From positions 67,098-131,097 of the forward strand of contig JAZDPX010000023.1 of NCBI GenBank assembly GCA_043797125.1: a stretch of DNA of 64,000 nucleotides. The letters run 5' to 3'. The position numbers and the translations under genes were made by a program. Numbering within the stretch: position 1 is the first letter of the stretch; every line of letters begins with the position of its first letter. Positions 1 through 9,492 of this stretch are shown here, in pieces. Source of the DNA: Candidatus Omnitrophota bacterium (GTDB lineage: Bacteria > Omnitrophota > Gorgyraeia > JABMRG01 > JAFGKX01). The notes beneath the pieces were generated by a model. It saw only the letters and a list, made by a program, of their open reading frames with translations, ran no database searches and was not told the origin of the DNA.

Positions 1-2
1 GA

Positions 3-614
3 GCACTCACGATAACTAAAGATTTAAATTCTCATATAGGGGGACGTCGGAAAATATCAAGTATATTGGAAAGTTTGTGCAAATATTTTTCAAGCGAAAA
101 ATCGTTTCATAGCGATGATGCGTTTGATAAAGATCTTGCGTATAAAATAGAATTATATCTAGAAGGGATTATTGAAAAGATATGGGAATGGTTTGAAGAA
201 AAAAGCGTAGACCATATTAGTGATGCAACAGAATGTATTCGGTCAAAAGAACCGCCTAGAAAAAAAGCGTTAGTTTTTGATGCCAGAATTAAAAAGTGCA
301 AATCCGAAAATATTAGATGTAAACTAAATGAGTTTTTTCATAAAAATGAGGATGAGTTTAAAAAAATAAAAGAATATATCGAGGGCTTGAAAGATCCAGA
401 AAAAAAGAAGCCTGAGGAATTGAATCGGATTGCTTCGATTATTGAAGAAGGCATAAAGAACCCAAATAATTTATATGATTCAAAAAATTGCAAAGGATTA
501 GGTGATGCGTTAGTGGCAGTAGAGTCGAAGTCTTTTAACGAATTGTTCACTAAAGATGTTGACCAGTCTAAAGTAATATGTGAGGCTATTAGTCTAAAGT
601 CGATTTTACTCTAA
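3..614 (+). CDS. Hypothetical protein, 5'-truncated by window edge; weak PIN-like C-terminus
   Basis: Frame is open from base 3 into track ORF 66..614. GLGDALVA...LFTKD weakly resembles PIN-domain C-terminal motifs. Confidence 0.5.
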   Translation, partial: ALTITKDLNSHIGGRRKISSILESLCKYFSSEKSFHSDDAFDKDLAYKIELYLEGIIEKIWEWFEEKSVDHISDATECIRSKEPPRKKALVFDARIKKCKSENIRCKLNEFFHKNEDEFKKIKEYIEGLKDPEKKKPEELNRIASIIEEGIKNPNNLYDSKNCKGLGDALVAVESKSFNELFTKDVDQSKVICEAISLKSILL

Positions 615-627
615 ATTTAACCAAAAT

Positions 628-997
628 CTACCATTGAGGCATTTTTGATCTTTGTCCGTTCTTTTGGCAAAAAGGCAATTTTGCCCCCGCCCAAAATTGC
701 CTTTTTGCCTGCGTCTTTCGGTTGAGGGCTCGGCAATCCCGCCTCGTGTAGTTTTCCTTTAATAGGCGGGGTGCGGACGAGCCTTTAGATGGTGGGGCAG
801 ATTCCCGCTTTCGCGGGAATGACATTGGAAGCAAGTAGGGCGAGGACGCAAACGTGCCTGCACTTGATGTTATTCTTACCTGCTTAGCTTCTACGTGCAG
901 GCAGGCACGTGCCGAGCCATATACGTTAGTGGTTTGGATTCCCGCTTTCGCGGGAATGACACTGTTTAAATTTTTTCTTCAGGGGTACCCCTGAAGA
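628..997. repeat. Cluster of palindromic REP-like elements
   Basis: 18-bp perfect IR at 666-683/692-709. GATTCCCGCTTTCGCGGGAATGAC twice (800-823, 937-960). 22-bp perfect palindrome TCTTCAGGGGTACCCCTGAAGA at 976-997. Confidence 0.8.
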
Positions 998-1094
998 TAG
1001 TTCGAACAAGGCGGAGAACACACCGCCAGTAATTTAACTTCCATAACTACTTACCTTGAAACAAGTAAAGAAAACATCTTAACAGGCAGAAGGT

Positions 1095-2504
1095 ATGAAA
1101 AAAATAAACAAATATATTAATTTCTTTATGTTACTATTGTTGATTTCGTTAATGATCGCATTGATAGGATATATTTCTTACGGCCATAACCTTATTAAAA
1201 GCATGTATGAAAAAAAATCGCTGGAGATACTGGATAGGATTATTGAGTATCGAGCAATTTTATCTCTGGAATATTATCTCATAAAAGGAGATGTGTATAT
1301 AATTTTTATTTCTCTTTGCGTGCTGTTTTTATTTTTAGTATATATTCTTCCTGTAGAAATAAAACTTTCTATAATAAGCGTAGTAATGTGCATAGCAATT
1401 CTAGAAATAATATTTCTATCATATGATGTCTATTTAGACCATGAATATCCAGAAATTAATGAACAGGAAAAGATGCTATGGGAGTACGACCCGCTATTAG
1501 GCTGGAGATGGAAAACAAATTGTGAAAAGGAATTTATAGTTAAAAGAGATAAGATAAAAGTGAAAATAAAAAGAAACGCAAAAGGGCTGAGAGGCAAGGA
1601 CTATGATTATAAAAAAAATAAAAATATAAATAGAATTTTGATTCTGGGTGATTCATGTGCTGCCGGCCTTGAGGTAACACACGATAATTTATTTAGCACT
1701 GTATTGGAAAAATTATTAAGACAGCATGGTAAAGATGAAGTCATAAATGCTGGAGTAAGAGGATACGGTACAGACCAATCATATTTATATCTTAAAAATA
1801 AAGGATGTAATTATAATCCCGATATAGCTATTTATCTTTTTTGTAGTAATGATCCAAAAGACAACATAGTTTTTCGAGATCCATATAAACCATTTAATAA
1901 ATCATGCTATATTATCAATAAAGAGGGGGACCTTGTTTTGAAAGGGATGCCAATTCTGATTCCGACACGGTCTATACAACATGAAAAATGGATCATGACA
2001 GATAAAAAAGCAGAATTATTTTATAATGAAAAGAAGCAACGCACAACCATATTTGCACAGGCAATCATAGACATTTTATATCAATCTCACTTGTACCGTT
2101 GGGTTATGTTAAGAATTGAAGATAGGATAATAAACTTGCGCAGGGAAAAGATTCCTCATTTTGTAGTTAAATATCAATGGAGCGTTACAGAAAAATTGAT
2201 AGAAAAAATGAAAAATTTCTGCACTTCTATAAATGCAAAATTTATTATTTTTGAGTTTTCAAACGGTGCAGCTTATGAAAAAAAAGATGAAACATTAGCT
2301 GCAATTTGTAGTAATTTAAGTGTTAATTACCATAACCTATATAATGATTTCCACGAAGCCTCTGGCGGAAAAAGATTTTTTTGTTTTCCGCATGATAATC
2401 ATTGGAATGTAGAAGGGCACCGCTTTGCAGCTGATAGGTTTTATGAATATCTATTAAAAAATAAACATGTAGCAAAAGGCATTTTGTTAAAAAGTGACAA
2501 TTAA
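1095..2504 (+). CDS. Membrane-anchored SGNH/GDSL hydrolase-family protein
   Basis: N-terminal TM helices; ILGDS, NAGVRGYG and DNHWN SGNH blocks. Confidence 0.85.
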   Translation: MKKINKYINFFMLLLLISLMIALIGYISYGHNLIKSMYEKKSLEILDRIIEYRAILSLEYYLIKGDVYIIFISLCVLFLFLVYILPVEIKLSIISVVMCIAILEIIFLSYDVYLDHEYPEINEQEKMLWEYDPLLGWRWKTNCEKEFIVKRDKIKVKIKRNAKGLRGKDYDYKKNKNINRILILGDSCAAGLEVTHDNLFSTVLEKLLRQHGKDEVINAGVRGYGTDQSYLYLKNKGCNYNPDIAIYLFCSNDPKDNIVFRDPYKPFNKSCYIINKEGDLVLKGMPILIPTRSIQHEKWIMTDKKAELFYNEKKQRTTIFAQAIIDILYQSHLYRWVMLRIEDRIINLRREKIPHFVVKYQWSVTEKLIEKMKNFCTSINAKFIIFEFSNGAAYEKKDETLAAICSNLSVNYHNLYNDFHEASGGKRFFCFPHDNHWNVEGHRFAADRFYEYLLKNKHVAKGILLKSDN

Positions 2505-2654
2505 TCTTCCCCCACAAAAAGTGACAATCGGGTAAAATCAGAAAAAATCTTGTAAGACCATAAGACCAGTAGAATCCTTAACCCCTTGACAAAAAACAAG
2601 TTATATTATAACCTATTATCCTACGGAGAGTGAGGGAACTCTGTTTATTCAAGC

Positions 2655-3776
2655 ATGGTGTTTATGAAAAAATTGACAAAGTTAATTATTTATTTTGTTT
2701 ATCTGACAATAGCAGCATTAATCTTAGTAGAATGCTGTTTAAGGATTTTTGGTTTTCATAGCGATGGAGGAAATACTATAATAGACCATCATAGTTTGCT
2801 CGGATGGATTTTTAAGCCGAATCAAGTTGCAATATGTGTAGGCCTTGAATGGAAGGTGAAGTATAGTGTTAATGAATATGGAATAAGAGAAAAGACGAAC
2901 ATAGGCAAGAAGCAGGATGGGGTCTATCGTGTATTAGTTTTAGGCGATTCTTTTACGGAAGGATTTGGAATTCCACAGGATAAAAGATATACGCACTTAG
3001 CAGAAATTTTATGCAATAAAAGGGATTCAAGAAAAGTTGAAATAATTAATGCAGGAATTAGAGGGTATAACCTAACGCAATACTATTTGCTTTTCCAAAT
3101 ATTATATGGAAAATATAATCCAGACTTAGTCGTTATTGCTGCCGTTCATGGCGACTTAAAAGTAAAAGGAGATGCCATGGCTGGGAAAAATGTAGTTTTT
3201 GGCAAGGAAAAATATAGTATCCCATACTACATATTAGAAGATGAAAAGATAGTTTTAAAGGGAGTCCCCGTGCCTTTGCCGGACAAATCCGCATATACCG
3301 AAGGCAAATTAGAAGTGCTTAAAAAATATTTAAAAAAATCAACACTATACTGCTTTGTGCGAAGCGCGTATAGAAACAACACCTTTATAAGAAAAATAAT
3401 CAACTGGTCTTACCCGGAGCATTTCTTCGATGAAAAAATGCTAAGCAATACACCTGACGACATGCAAGCGGAGCAGCAAATAGCTAAACTAATAATTGAA
3501 AATATGAAATCTGTATTATCGCATGACAACAATAAGATTGCTATTTTCTTGTTGTTCGATGACTCAGCAGGATATGATGTAGCATTTTATTCCAAAATTG
3601 CTAAAGAGCTGCAGATTCCATATATGTGTTTTTCAGAAGTTAATGATAAATATAAATTAGACAAAAGTAAGCATCATTTTAAATATGATGGCCATTTAAA
3701 TGAAAAAGGTAATGTGCTTGTTGCAGAATCATTATATAATTTTTTCGAACAATGCGGGATGTTTGATAGTAGCTAA
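2655..3776 (+). CDS. SGNH/GDSL hydrolase-family protein
   Basis: N-terminal TM; VLGDSFTEG, NAGIRGY and DGHLN motifs. Confidence 0.87.
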   Translation: MVFMKKLTKLIIYFVYLTIAALILVECCLRIFGFHSDGGNTIIDHHSLLGWIFKPNQVAICVGLEWKVKYSVNEYGIREKTNIGKKQDGVYRVLVLGDSFTEGFGIPQDKRYTHLAEILCNKRDSRKVEIINAGIRGYNLTQYYLLFQILYGKYNPDLVVIAAVHGDLKVKGDAMAGKNVVFGKEKYSIPYYILEDEKIVLKGVPVPLPDKSAYTEGKLEVLKKYLKKSTLYCFVRSAYRNNTFIRKIINWSYPEHFFDEKMLSNTPDDMQAEQQIAKLIIENMKSVLSHDNNKIAIFLLFDDSAGYDVAFYSKIAKELQIPYMCFSEVNDKYKLDKSKHHFKYDGHLNEKGNVLVAESLYNFFEQCGMFDSS

Positions 3777-3964
3777 AAAGCGCACATCTAATTTGTGCTC
3801 AGGCTTCTCCCTGCCTCTTTGCCAAGTCTGCTTCGCCTTGCGATATAGAAAAAGGGTCACCTATTTTCCATGACAAGATTCGGATGCATAAAAGATAAGT
3901 TCGATGATAGAGATTATTTAATGCGGGTGTATCTTCCTGCAGTAAAGCCCCCAGTTAATTCTGC

Positions 3965-3993
3965 TTGACATGCACGATAGCTAGGCATATAAT
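3965..3993 (+). promoter_or_regulatory. Consensus sigma70 promoter of the RRM gene
   Basis: TTGACA (3965-70), 17 bp, TATAAT (3988-93). Confidence 0.8.
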
Positions 3994-4028
3994 TATTCTG
4001 TAAATATGAGTGAATAATAGAAATTGAT

Positions 4029-4069
4029 ACCGCAGGGCAAAAACAACCAGCCTTGCGGTTTTTTGTTTC
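4029..4069 (+). terminator. Terminator-like hairpin in the RRM gene leader
   Basis: ACCGCAGGGC/GCCTTGCGGT stem followed by TTTTTGTTT, located between the promoter and the RBS. Confidence 0.55.
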
Positions 4070-4084
4070 TAGAAAGGAGACAAA

Positions 4085-4408
4085 ATGCAGTCAGGTAAGC
4101 TTTATGTAGGAAATCTTACGTATTCCGTGACAAAGGAACAATTGCAGCAATTGTTCTCAAGCCATGGAAGCGTTCAAAACATTACCATAATTGACGGTAA
4201 GGGTTTTGGATTCGTTGAAATGTCGACTCCCGCAGAGGCCGAGGCGGCAAAGACAGCATTGGACGGCACTGAATTTGAAGGCCGGACACTGAAGATAGAC
4301 GAAGCGCGCCCGCCGAAAAGCAGGGATTCGAGGGACTCTAGAGACAGAGGCGGCTTTGACAGAGGCGGCAACAGGGGCGGCGGCCGCGGTTTCCGCGACA
4401 GATATTAG
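4085..4408 (+). CDS. RRM RNA-binding protein with RGG tail
   Basis: RNP2 KLYVGNL, RNP1 KGFGFVEM, Gly/Arg-rich C-terminus; RBS AAAGGAG. Confidence 0.95.
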   Translation: MQSGKLYVGNLTYSVTKEQLQQLFSSHGSVQNITIIDGKGFGFVEMSTPAEAEAAKTALDGTEFEGRTLKIDEARPPKSRDSRDSRDRGGFDRGGNRGGGRGFRDRY

Positions 4409-4433
4409 AATAGCCTAGGAGGCATATAGCAAT

Positions 4434-5015
4434 ATGGCAAAAGAGATAGTACTGGCTTTTATACCTATTTTTGTGGCTGTCGACGCTATAGGAGTTTTGC
4501 CTATTTTTGTATCCCTTACGCACGGGGTTAGCAAAAAAGGCAAAGTTAAGATAATATTTCAATCAGTTATAACAGCCCTGTGCCTTGCTGTAGGGTTTAT
4601 CTTTTTAGGCAAGGCGGTATTTAGGTTTTTAAATATTACTATCGGAGATTTTATGATAGCCGGAGGCGCGCTTCTTTTCTGTATAGCCATATCGGATATT
4701 ATGAGCCCTACAGAAAAAAGGCGCCAGCCGATCAATGAATTAGGGGCAGTCCCAATAGGAACGCCTCTTATTGTCGGCCCGGCGGTATTGACAACATCGC
4801 TTATAATAATCGGCGAATATGGTTTAGCGCCCACTTTAGTTTCTGTCTTAATCAATATTTTGCTGGCAGGGGTAATTTTTCTATTTTCAGAATATATTAT
4901 TAAGCTATTAGGCGTTGCAGGAACGCGGGCCTTGTCAAAAATCATGAGCCTGTTATTGGCCGCCATAGCAGTTATGATGATAAGAAAAGGCGTATTTAAT
5001 ATCTTGCATATGTAG
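4434..5015 (+). CDS. MarC family membrane protein
   Basis: About 6 TMs; AVPIGTPLIVGP and KIMSLLLAAIAV MarC motifs. Confidence 0.92.
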   Translation: MAKEIVLAFIPIFVAVDAIGVLPIFVSLTHGVSKKGKVKIIFQSVITALCLAVGFIFLGKAVFRFLNITIGDFMIAGGALLFCIAISDIMSPTEKRRQPINELGAVPIGTPLIVGPAVLTTSLIIIGEYGLAPTLVSVLINILLAGVIFLFSEYIIKLLGVAGTRALSKIMSLLLAAIAVMMIRKGVFNILHM

Positions 5016-5037
5016 GTTTATAGAAAAGGGAGGATGT

Positions 5038-5511
5038 ATGGAAACCATTAGGGATATATTAAAACAACATTCTTTTTTTAAAGACCTTAAACCGGAATAT
5101 CTTGATTTTATCGCCGGCTGTGCGTCCAATGTCAGCTTTAAGGCAGGAGAGGTCATACTTAGAGAAGGAGAAGATGCTGATAAATTTTATGTCATCCGGC
5201 ACGGAAAGATATCAATCGATATCGCCACAAGCAGGCACAACTCTATTACAATACAGACCATAAAAGACGGCGATATACTTGGCTGGTCGTGGCTTATCCC
5301 GCCGCATAAACACCGCTTTAACAGCCGCGCCATTGAAGATACGCGCGCGACCGCATTGGATGGAAAGTGCCTCAGAAACAAGTGTGAGGAAAACCACGAT
5401 TTAGGGTATGAGCTGCTTAAAAGGCTTGCAGTTGTTTTTACTCAGCGCCTCGAAACAACCAGGCTGCAGCTTTTGGATATGTATAATATTAACGCAAAAC
5501 ACAAAGAATAA
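5038..5511 (+). CDS. Cyclic-nucleotide-binding domain protein (no HTH)
   Basis: cNMP fold: FKAGEVILREGEDADKFYVIRHG...GDILGWSWL. Confidence 0.9.
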   Translation: METIRDILKQHSFFKDLKPEYLDFIAGCASNVSFKAGEVILREGEDADKFYVIRHGKISIDIATSRHNSITIQTIKDGDILGWSWLIPPHKHRFNSRAIEDTRATALDGKCLRNKCEENHDLGYELLKRLAVVFTQRLETTRLQLLDMYNINAKHKE

Positions 5512-5522
5512 AAGGCTTAGTT

Positions 5523-7151
5523 TTATTTAAATTCAGGGAAATCAATCTTTAGCTGATTTTGTCTTTCTTGATCAGAACCTTCAGAAAACTGCCCGGCATT
5601 TTCTAATACAGAATCGAATCCTGAGAATCTTATTCGCAATTCTAAACCGCGAGTGTTTCCCTGTAAACCCGGCACAATGCGTGAAATCAGAACAATTTCT
5701 ACGCCATTGGTTTTCCATTCAAGCGTGCTTCCCTTTATAATATTGGGTTGAGCCCAATCAGGCTCTATGCGGCTGCGCCATGGTTTGCCATAAAGGCTTG
5801 TGAATTTTTCCAGAAGCTGCGTTCTGAGTTTCTCGGTTCCGGTAAATGCCAGAAAAGCCCCCTGGATCATCTTGCCCTTATAAAAATAGTACATGCCGGT
5901 AAACCAGCCTTCCTTAGACCAATCCCCTCCGGACAGCTGTTTCTCGGTATATACTACCGGAATGCTGCCCTGCTCGTCTATTGCGGCAATCTCATTTGTC
6001 TTGGCATTTGGCCTTATGCTGGTTAGCGCTTCGGCAGTTATGCCCAGGTATACGCCTTCCACCACAGCAGGAAACAGCGAGCGAGTCCATTCTTGCGCCT
6101 CGATTGTCTTAGGCGTTTCGCTCTCTGCTTGCTCTATATCTTCATTCATGTGTTCGTAAGCGCGTTTTATATTTTCAGGTTGTTCTTGAGTTTGTATTCC
6201 CTTTGTAGCATTTTCCCAGGCATTGCGCTGCCAGTTGCGGGCCTCCCAAACTTTCTGCGTGCGTATACGTTCGCTTTGAGCGTCTTTATCCGCAGTTATG
6301 CCGGCCCATTCACGCAAATCAATAGCTAAAAGCATACGCGCGCTCATTCTATCCTCTATATCAAATACCTTGCGAAAGAAAAGATGATCCTCGGGGATCA
6401 TCTTACCCTGCATAATTTTAATAGTTGCCTGCGTAATTTGTTCCTGAACCTTTTGCCAGTCTGCATCTTCCTGTTTCTGGAGCCTGGCAAGCTCATCAAG
6501 CGTCTGCTTGACTCGTGATTTCATATCCTTCTCTTTTTCCGACCTCCAGCTTTGCGCCTGCTCCTTACTTATCTGGCCGCTTATTGCCTGAGCATAACCT
6601 TTTACCAGTTGGCCCTCTATTTTTTGGCCGGCGATGACAGAAGAAACATCTTGCCCCATGCCTTGTGTTATTATTCCGTTGTTCACCGAGACAAGGGATG
6701 AGCCGTCGTTTGCTCCGGCTACAAGAAACCCAGTTCCTGTTACCCCGAGAACAGCAACAGGAGTGGTAACGCGAAATTGTTTAGTTTTATCAGGAAGTTC
6801 TCCTTGCGCATGGAACAATCCGCGGCTTAACGCAACTCCTGAAATATCAAAAACAGACGCTGTTATGAGCAATGTGGACTCCGGTTCAATTGTTATGGTA
6901 AAGCCGGCGTTGTGTTCTATTATCGCGTGTCCGGCTGAGGGTGTTTTTACAATATCGCAAACAAATAAACCTTGGCCGTAAGAAGCAAAGCCAATGGCGC
7001 CTTTACTGTATACAGCAACAACTCCGGACACTTCTTTGAACTTGGCAACGGGTTTTGAATCCTGGGCATTGGCAGGAGAGATTATAAGGAAAAAGATGAA
7101 GGTACTAAAAAAAATACAAAATTTTAATTTATTTTTATAGTTAATTAGCAT
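5523..7151 (-). CDS. Exported FecR-domain protein (start uncertain, 7151-7187)
   Basis: Signal peptide ending ANA-Q; FecR-like FRVTTPVAVLGVTGTGF; helical middle region. Confidence 0.75.
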   Translation of the reverse strand: MLINYKNKLKFCIFFSTFIFFLIISPANAQDSKPVAKFKEVSGVVAVYSKGAIGFASYGQGLFVCDIVKTPSAGHAIIEHNAGFTITIEPESTLLITASVFDISGVALSRGLFHAQGELPDKTKQFRVTTPVAVLGVTGTGFLVAGANDGSSLVSVNNGIITQGMGQDVSSVIAGQKIEGQLVKGYAQAISGQISKEQAQSWRSEKEKDMKSRVKQTLDELARLQKQEDADWQKVQEQITQATIKIMQGKMIPEDHLFFRKVFDIEDRMSARMLLAIDLREWAGITADKDAQSERIRTQKVWEARNWQRNAWENATKGIQTQEQPENIKRAYEHMNEDIEQAESETPKTIEAQEWTRSLFPAVVEGVYLGITAEALTSIRPNAKTNEIAAIDEQGSIPVVYTEKQLSGGDWSKEGWFTGMYYFYKGKMIQGAFLAFTGTEKLRTQLLEKFTSLYGKPWRSRIEPDWAQPNIIKGSTLEWKTNGVEIVLISRIVPGLQGNTRGLELRIRFSGFDSVLENAGQFSEGSDQERQNQLKIDFPEFK

Positions 7152-7282
7152 GTGCATATCATAAAACGAATAGCAGGCCATAGTCAAGAAGTTTTATCTT
7201 GATTTGCCGCTACTATATGTGTATTATATACTAAAACAAAGAAAAGGCTATTGTAATAAACCCGTAAGCACAGGTGAAGATA

Positions 7283-7645
7283 ATGAGCAAAAAAATATTG
7301 ATAATTGATGACGAGGAATATGACAGAAATGCAATGTTAGCCGCCCTTAAAAGGGAGGGCTACCATGACGTTGAATGTTCTGACTCGGGATGCGGCGGTT
7401 TAGAAAAAATCAAGTCTTTTAAACCAGATATCGTACTGGTTGATGTGGTGCTTCAGGATATAGACGGCATTGAGGTATGCAAACAGATTAAATCTATGGA
7501 AGAAATAAGCCCCAAAGTCATTATAATAACAGGCCACCTTGATGCCATTGATGCCAGGAGGGCAAGGACTTCCGGGGCCGATGAAATTATTGAAAAGACA
7601 GTCGGATTTTCCAATATAGGCAAGACCATCAACAAGCTTAAGTAA
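7283..7645 (+). CDS. Single-domain response regulator (receiver)
   Basis: ILIIDDE, PDIVLVDVVL, IIITG and the conserved Lys. Confidence 0.92.
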   Translation: MSKKILIIDDEEYDRNAMLAALKREGYHDVECSDSGCGGLEKIKSFKPDIVLVDVVLQDIDGIEVCKQIKSMEEISPKVIIITGHLDAIDARRARTSGADEIIEKTVGFSNIGKTINKLK

Positions 7646-7667
7646 TCTCCAAAGGTAAACCTGCCAT

Positions 7668-9323
7668 ATGCCTAACAAGAATAGTAAAATAGTATTTTTA
7701 TCCGTCTTATTAATAGCTGTTTTAGGTATTATTGTATACGCAAATTCGCTGCACGGAGAATTTTTATGGGATGATTATCATTTGGTAAAGGACAATACCT
7801 TTATCAGGGACCTCTCTAATATAACAAAGTATTTTACCGGCAGTATTGGGGCCGGCGCTCAAAGGGCATACCATTTCTACAGGCCTTTGCAGACACTGAC
7901 GTACGCAATTGATTATGTTTTCTGGAAGCAGGATGTGACAGGGTATCATTTAACAAATATGCTGTTGCATATCTTAACTGCGCTAAGTGTTTATTGGCTT
8001 ATCAACGTGCTTTTCAAGGATAATCTAATAGCGTTGTTTACGGGGCTGTTTTTTGTCGCGCATCCTTTGCATACCGAGGCAGTTGCATACATAGCCGGGC
8101 GTTCTGATTCGCTTGCGGCAATGTTCATGTTTCTTTGCATGGTCTTTTATGTAAAAAACGCTGAAAGAAAAAGCGCTTCATTGCGCATAATAATGGCATT
8201 GGCTTATATTGCGGCATTGCTTTCCAAGGAAAGCGCAATGTTTTTACCGATGCCTTTGCTTTTATACCATTATACTTTTAAGAAAAAGATAAACGCTATT
8301 GATTTTGGATCTCTTTTAGCGATAGCCATTTCATATATTATCGTTAGAGCCACAGTGCTTAAAGGCATGCTTACAGATATTATAAATAACACGACTATTG
8401 CAGACAGGATGCCGGGTTTTTTTGTCGCTATATTTAATTATATAAAACTGCTTTTATTTCCTTTTGGCCTGCACATGGAGTATGCGGAAAAGCTGTTTTT
8501 CTGGAGCGACCCCAAGGCATTTTTGGGGACGCTGCTTGTTTTTTTGTGCGTAGGGTTTGCGTTCAAAAAAAAGAAGGCCAACAACCTTATATTTTTTTCC
8601 ATTCTCTGGTTTTTTCTTCTGCTTACGCCTTATTCAAATATCTATCCCATTAACGCCTATATGGCTGAACACTGGTTATATGTGCCTTCGGTTGGGTTCT
8701 TTTTGCTCATCGCGTATGGATTCAGGTTGTCGTATAAGATTGAAAGGTTTAAATATATCACCATTGCCTTAATTATTGGCCTTTTGTCTTTTTATTCTGT
8801 CCTGGCAATAAGACAAAACGTATCCTGGGGCAACCCGTTTCTTTTTTACAACAGGCTGCTTAAATATGTCCAGGATAGCGAGACAGTGTATAATAACCTG
8901 GGCGTGCTTTATGCGCAAAAAGATGATTACCAAAAAGCGATAGAGATGTTCAAAAAATCGATAGACATAAAATTTTATTATGACGACCCGTATTTTAATC
9001 TCGGCAAATCCTATAAGATGCTGGGCAGATATAAAGAAGCTATAGATTTTTACGAAAAAGGCCTGCAATATACCAAAAATCCTGTTAAGCTCGGCACATA
9101 TTATGACATGGGTGAGGCATATACAAACGCGGGTAAATACCCTCAGGCAATAAGTATATATAAAAAGATCATAGAAGTAAATCCCGTTGATGGCCACGCC
9201 TTTCACAATTTAAGCGTAATCTATCTTCAAAAGGGCGAACGCGATTTGGCCATGCAATATTATAATGAGGCGGCAAAGCGGGGGCTTAATGACCAAGCCC
9301 TTTTAGAAAGCATTCGTTCCTAA
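7668..9323 (+). CDS. TMTC-like GT-C glycosyltransferase with C-terminal TPRs
   Basis: FLWDD, FYRPL, HPLHTEAVAYIAGRSD and AEHWLYVPS motifs; multi-TM; TPR repeats. Confidence 0.85.
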   Translation: MPNKNSKIVFLSVLLIAVLGIIVYANSLHGEFLWDDYHLVKDNTFIRDLSNITKYFTGSIGAGAQRAYHFYRPLQTLTYAIDYVFWKQDVTGYHLTNMLLHILTALSVYWLINVLFKDNLIALFTGLFFVAHPLHTEAVAYIAGRSDSLAAMFMFLCMVFYVKNAERKSASLRIIMALAYIAALLSKESAMFLPMPLLLYHYTFKKKINAIDFGSLLAIAISYIIVRATVLKGMLTDIINNTTIADRMPGFFVAIFNYIKLLLFPFGLHMEYAEKLFFWSDPKAFLGTLLVFLCVGFAFKKKKANNLIFFSILWFFLLLTPYSNIYPINAYMAEHWLYVPSVGFFLLIAYGFRLSYKIERFKYITIALIIGLLSFYSVLAIRQNVSWGNPFLFYNRLLKYVQDSETVYNNLGVLYAQKDDYQKAIEMFKKSIDIKFYYDDPYFNLGKSYKMLGRYKEAIDFYEKGLQYTKNPVKLGTYYDMGEAYTNAGKYPQAISIYKKIIEVNPVDGHAFHNLSVIYLQKGERDLAMQYYNEAAKRGLNDQALLESIRS

Positions 9324-9492
9324 AAAGCGGCGAGTAGATTTTTTTATTTTTTTCTTTACATATCAATGATAATCTGATATTCTTAAAATAAGATACGTAT
9401 ATATATAAATCTCGGTGGAGTGGGGGAATTTCTACGGAGATTCCTTTTTTATTTAAAAAGAGCTTGCCTCGTGGCAGGCAAGGAGGAACAAA

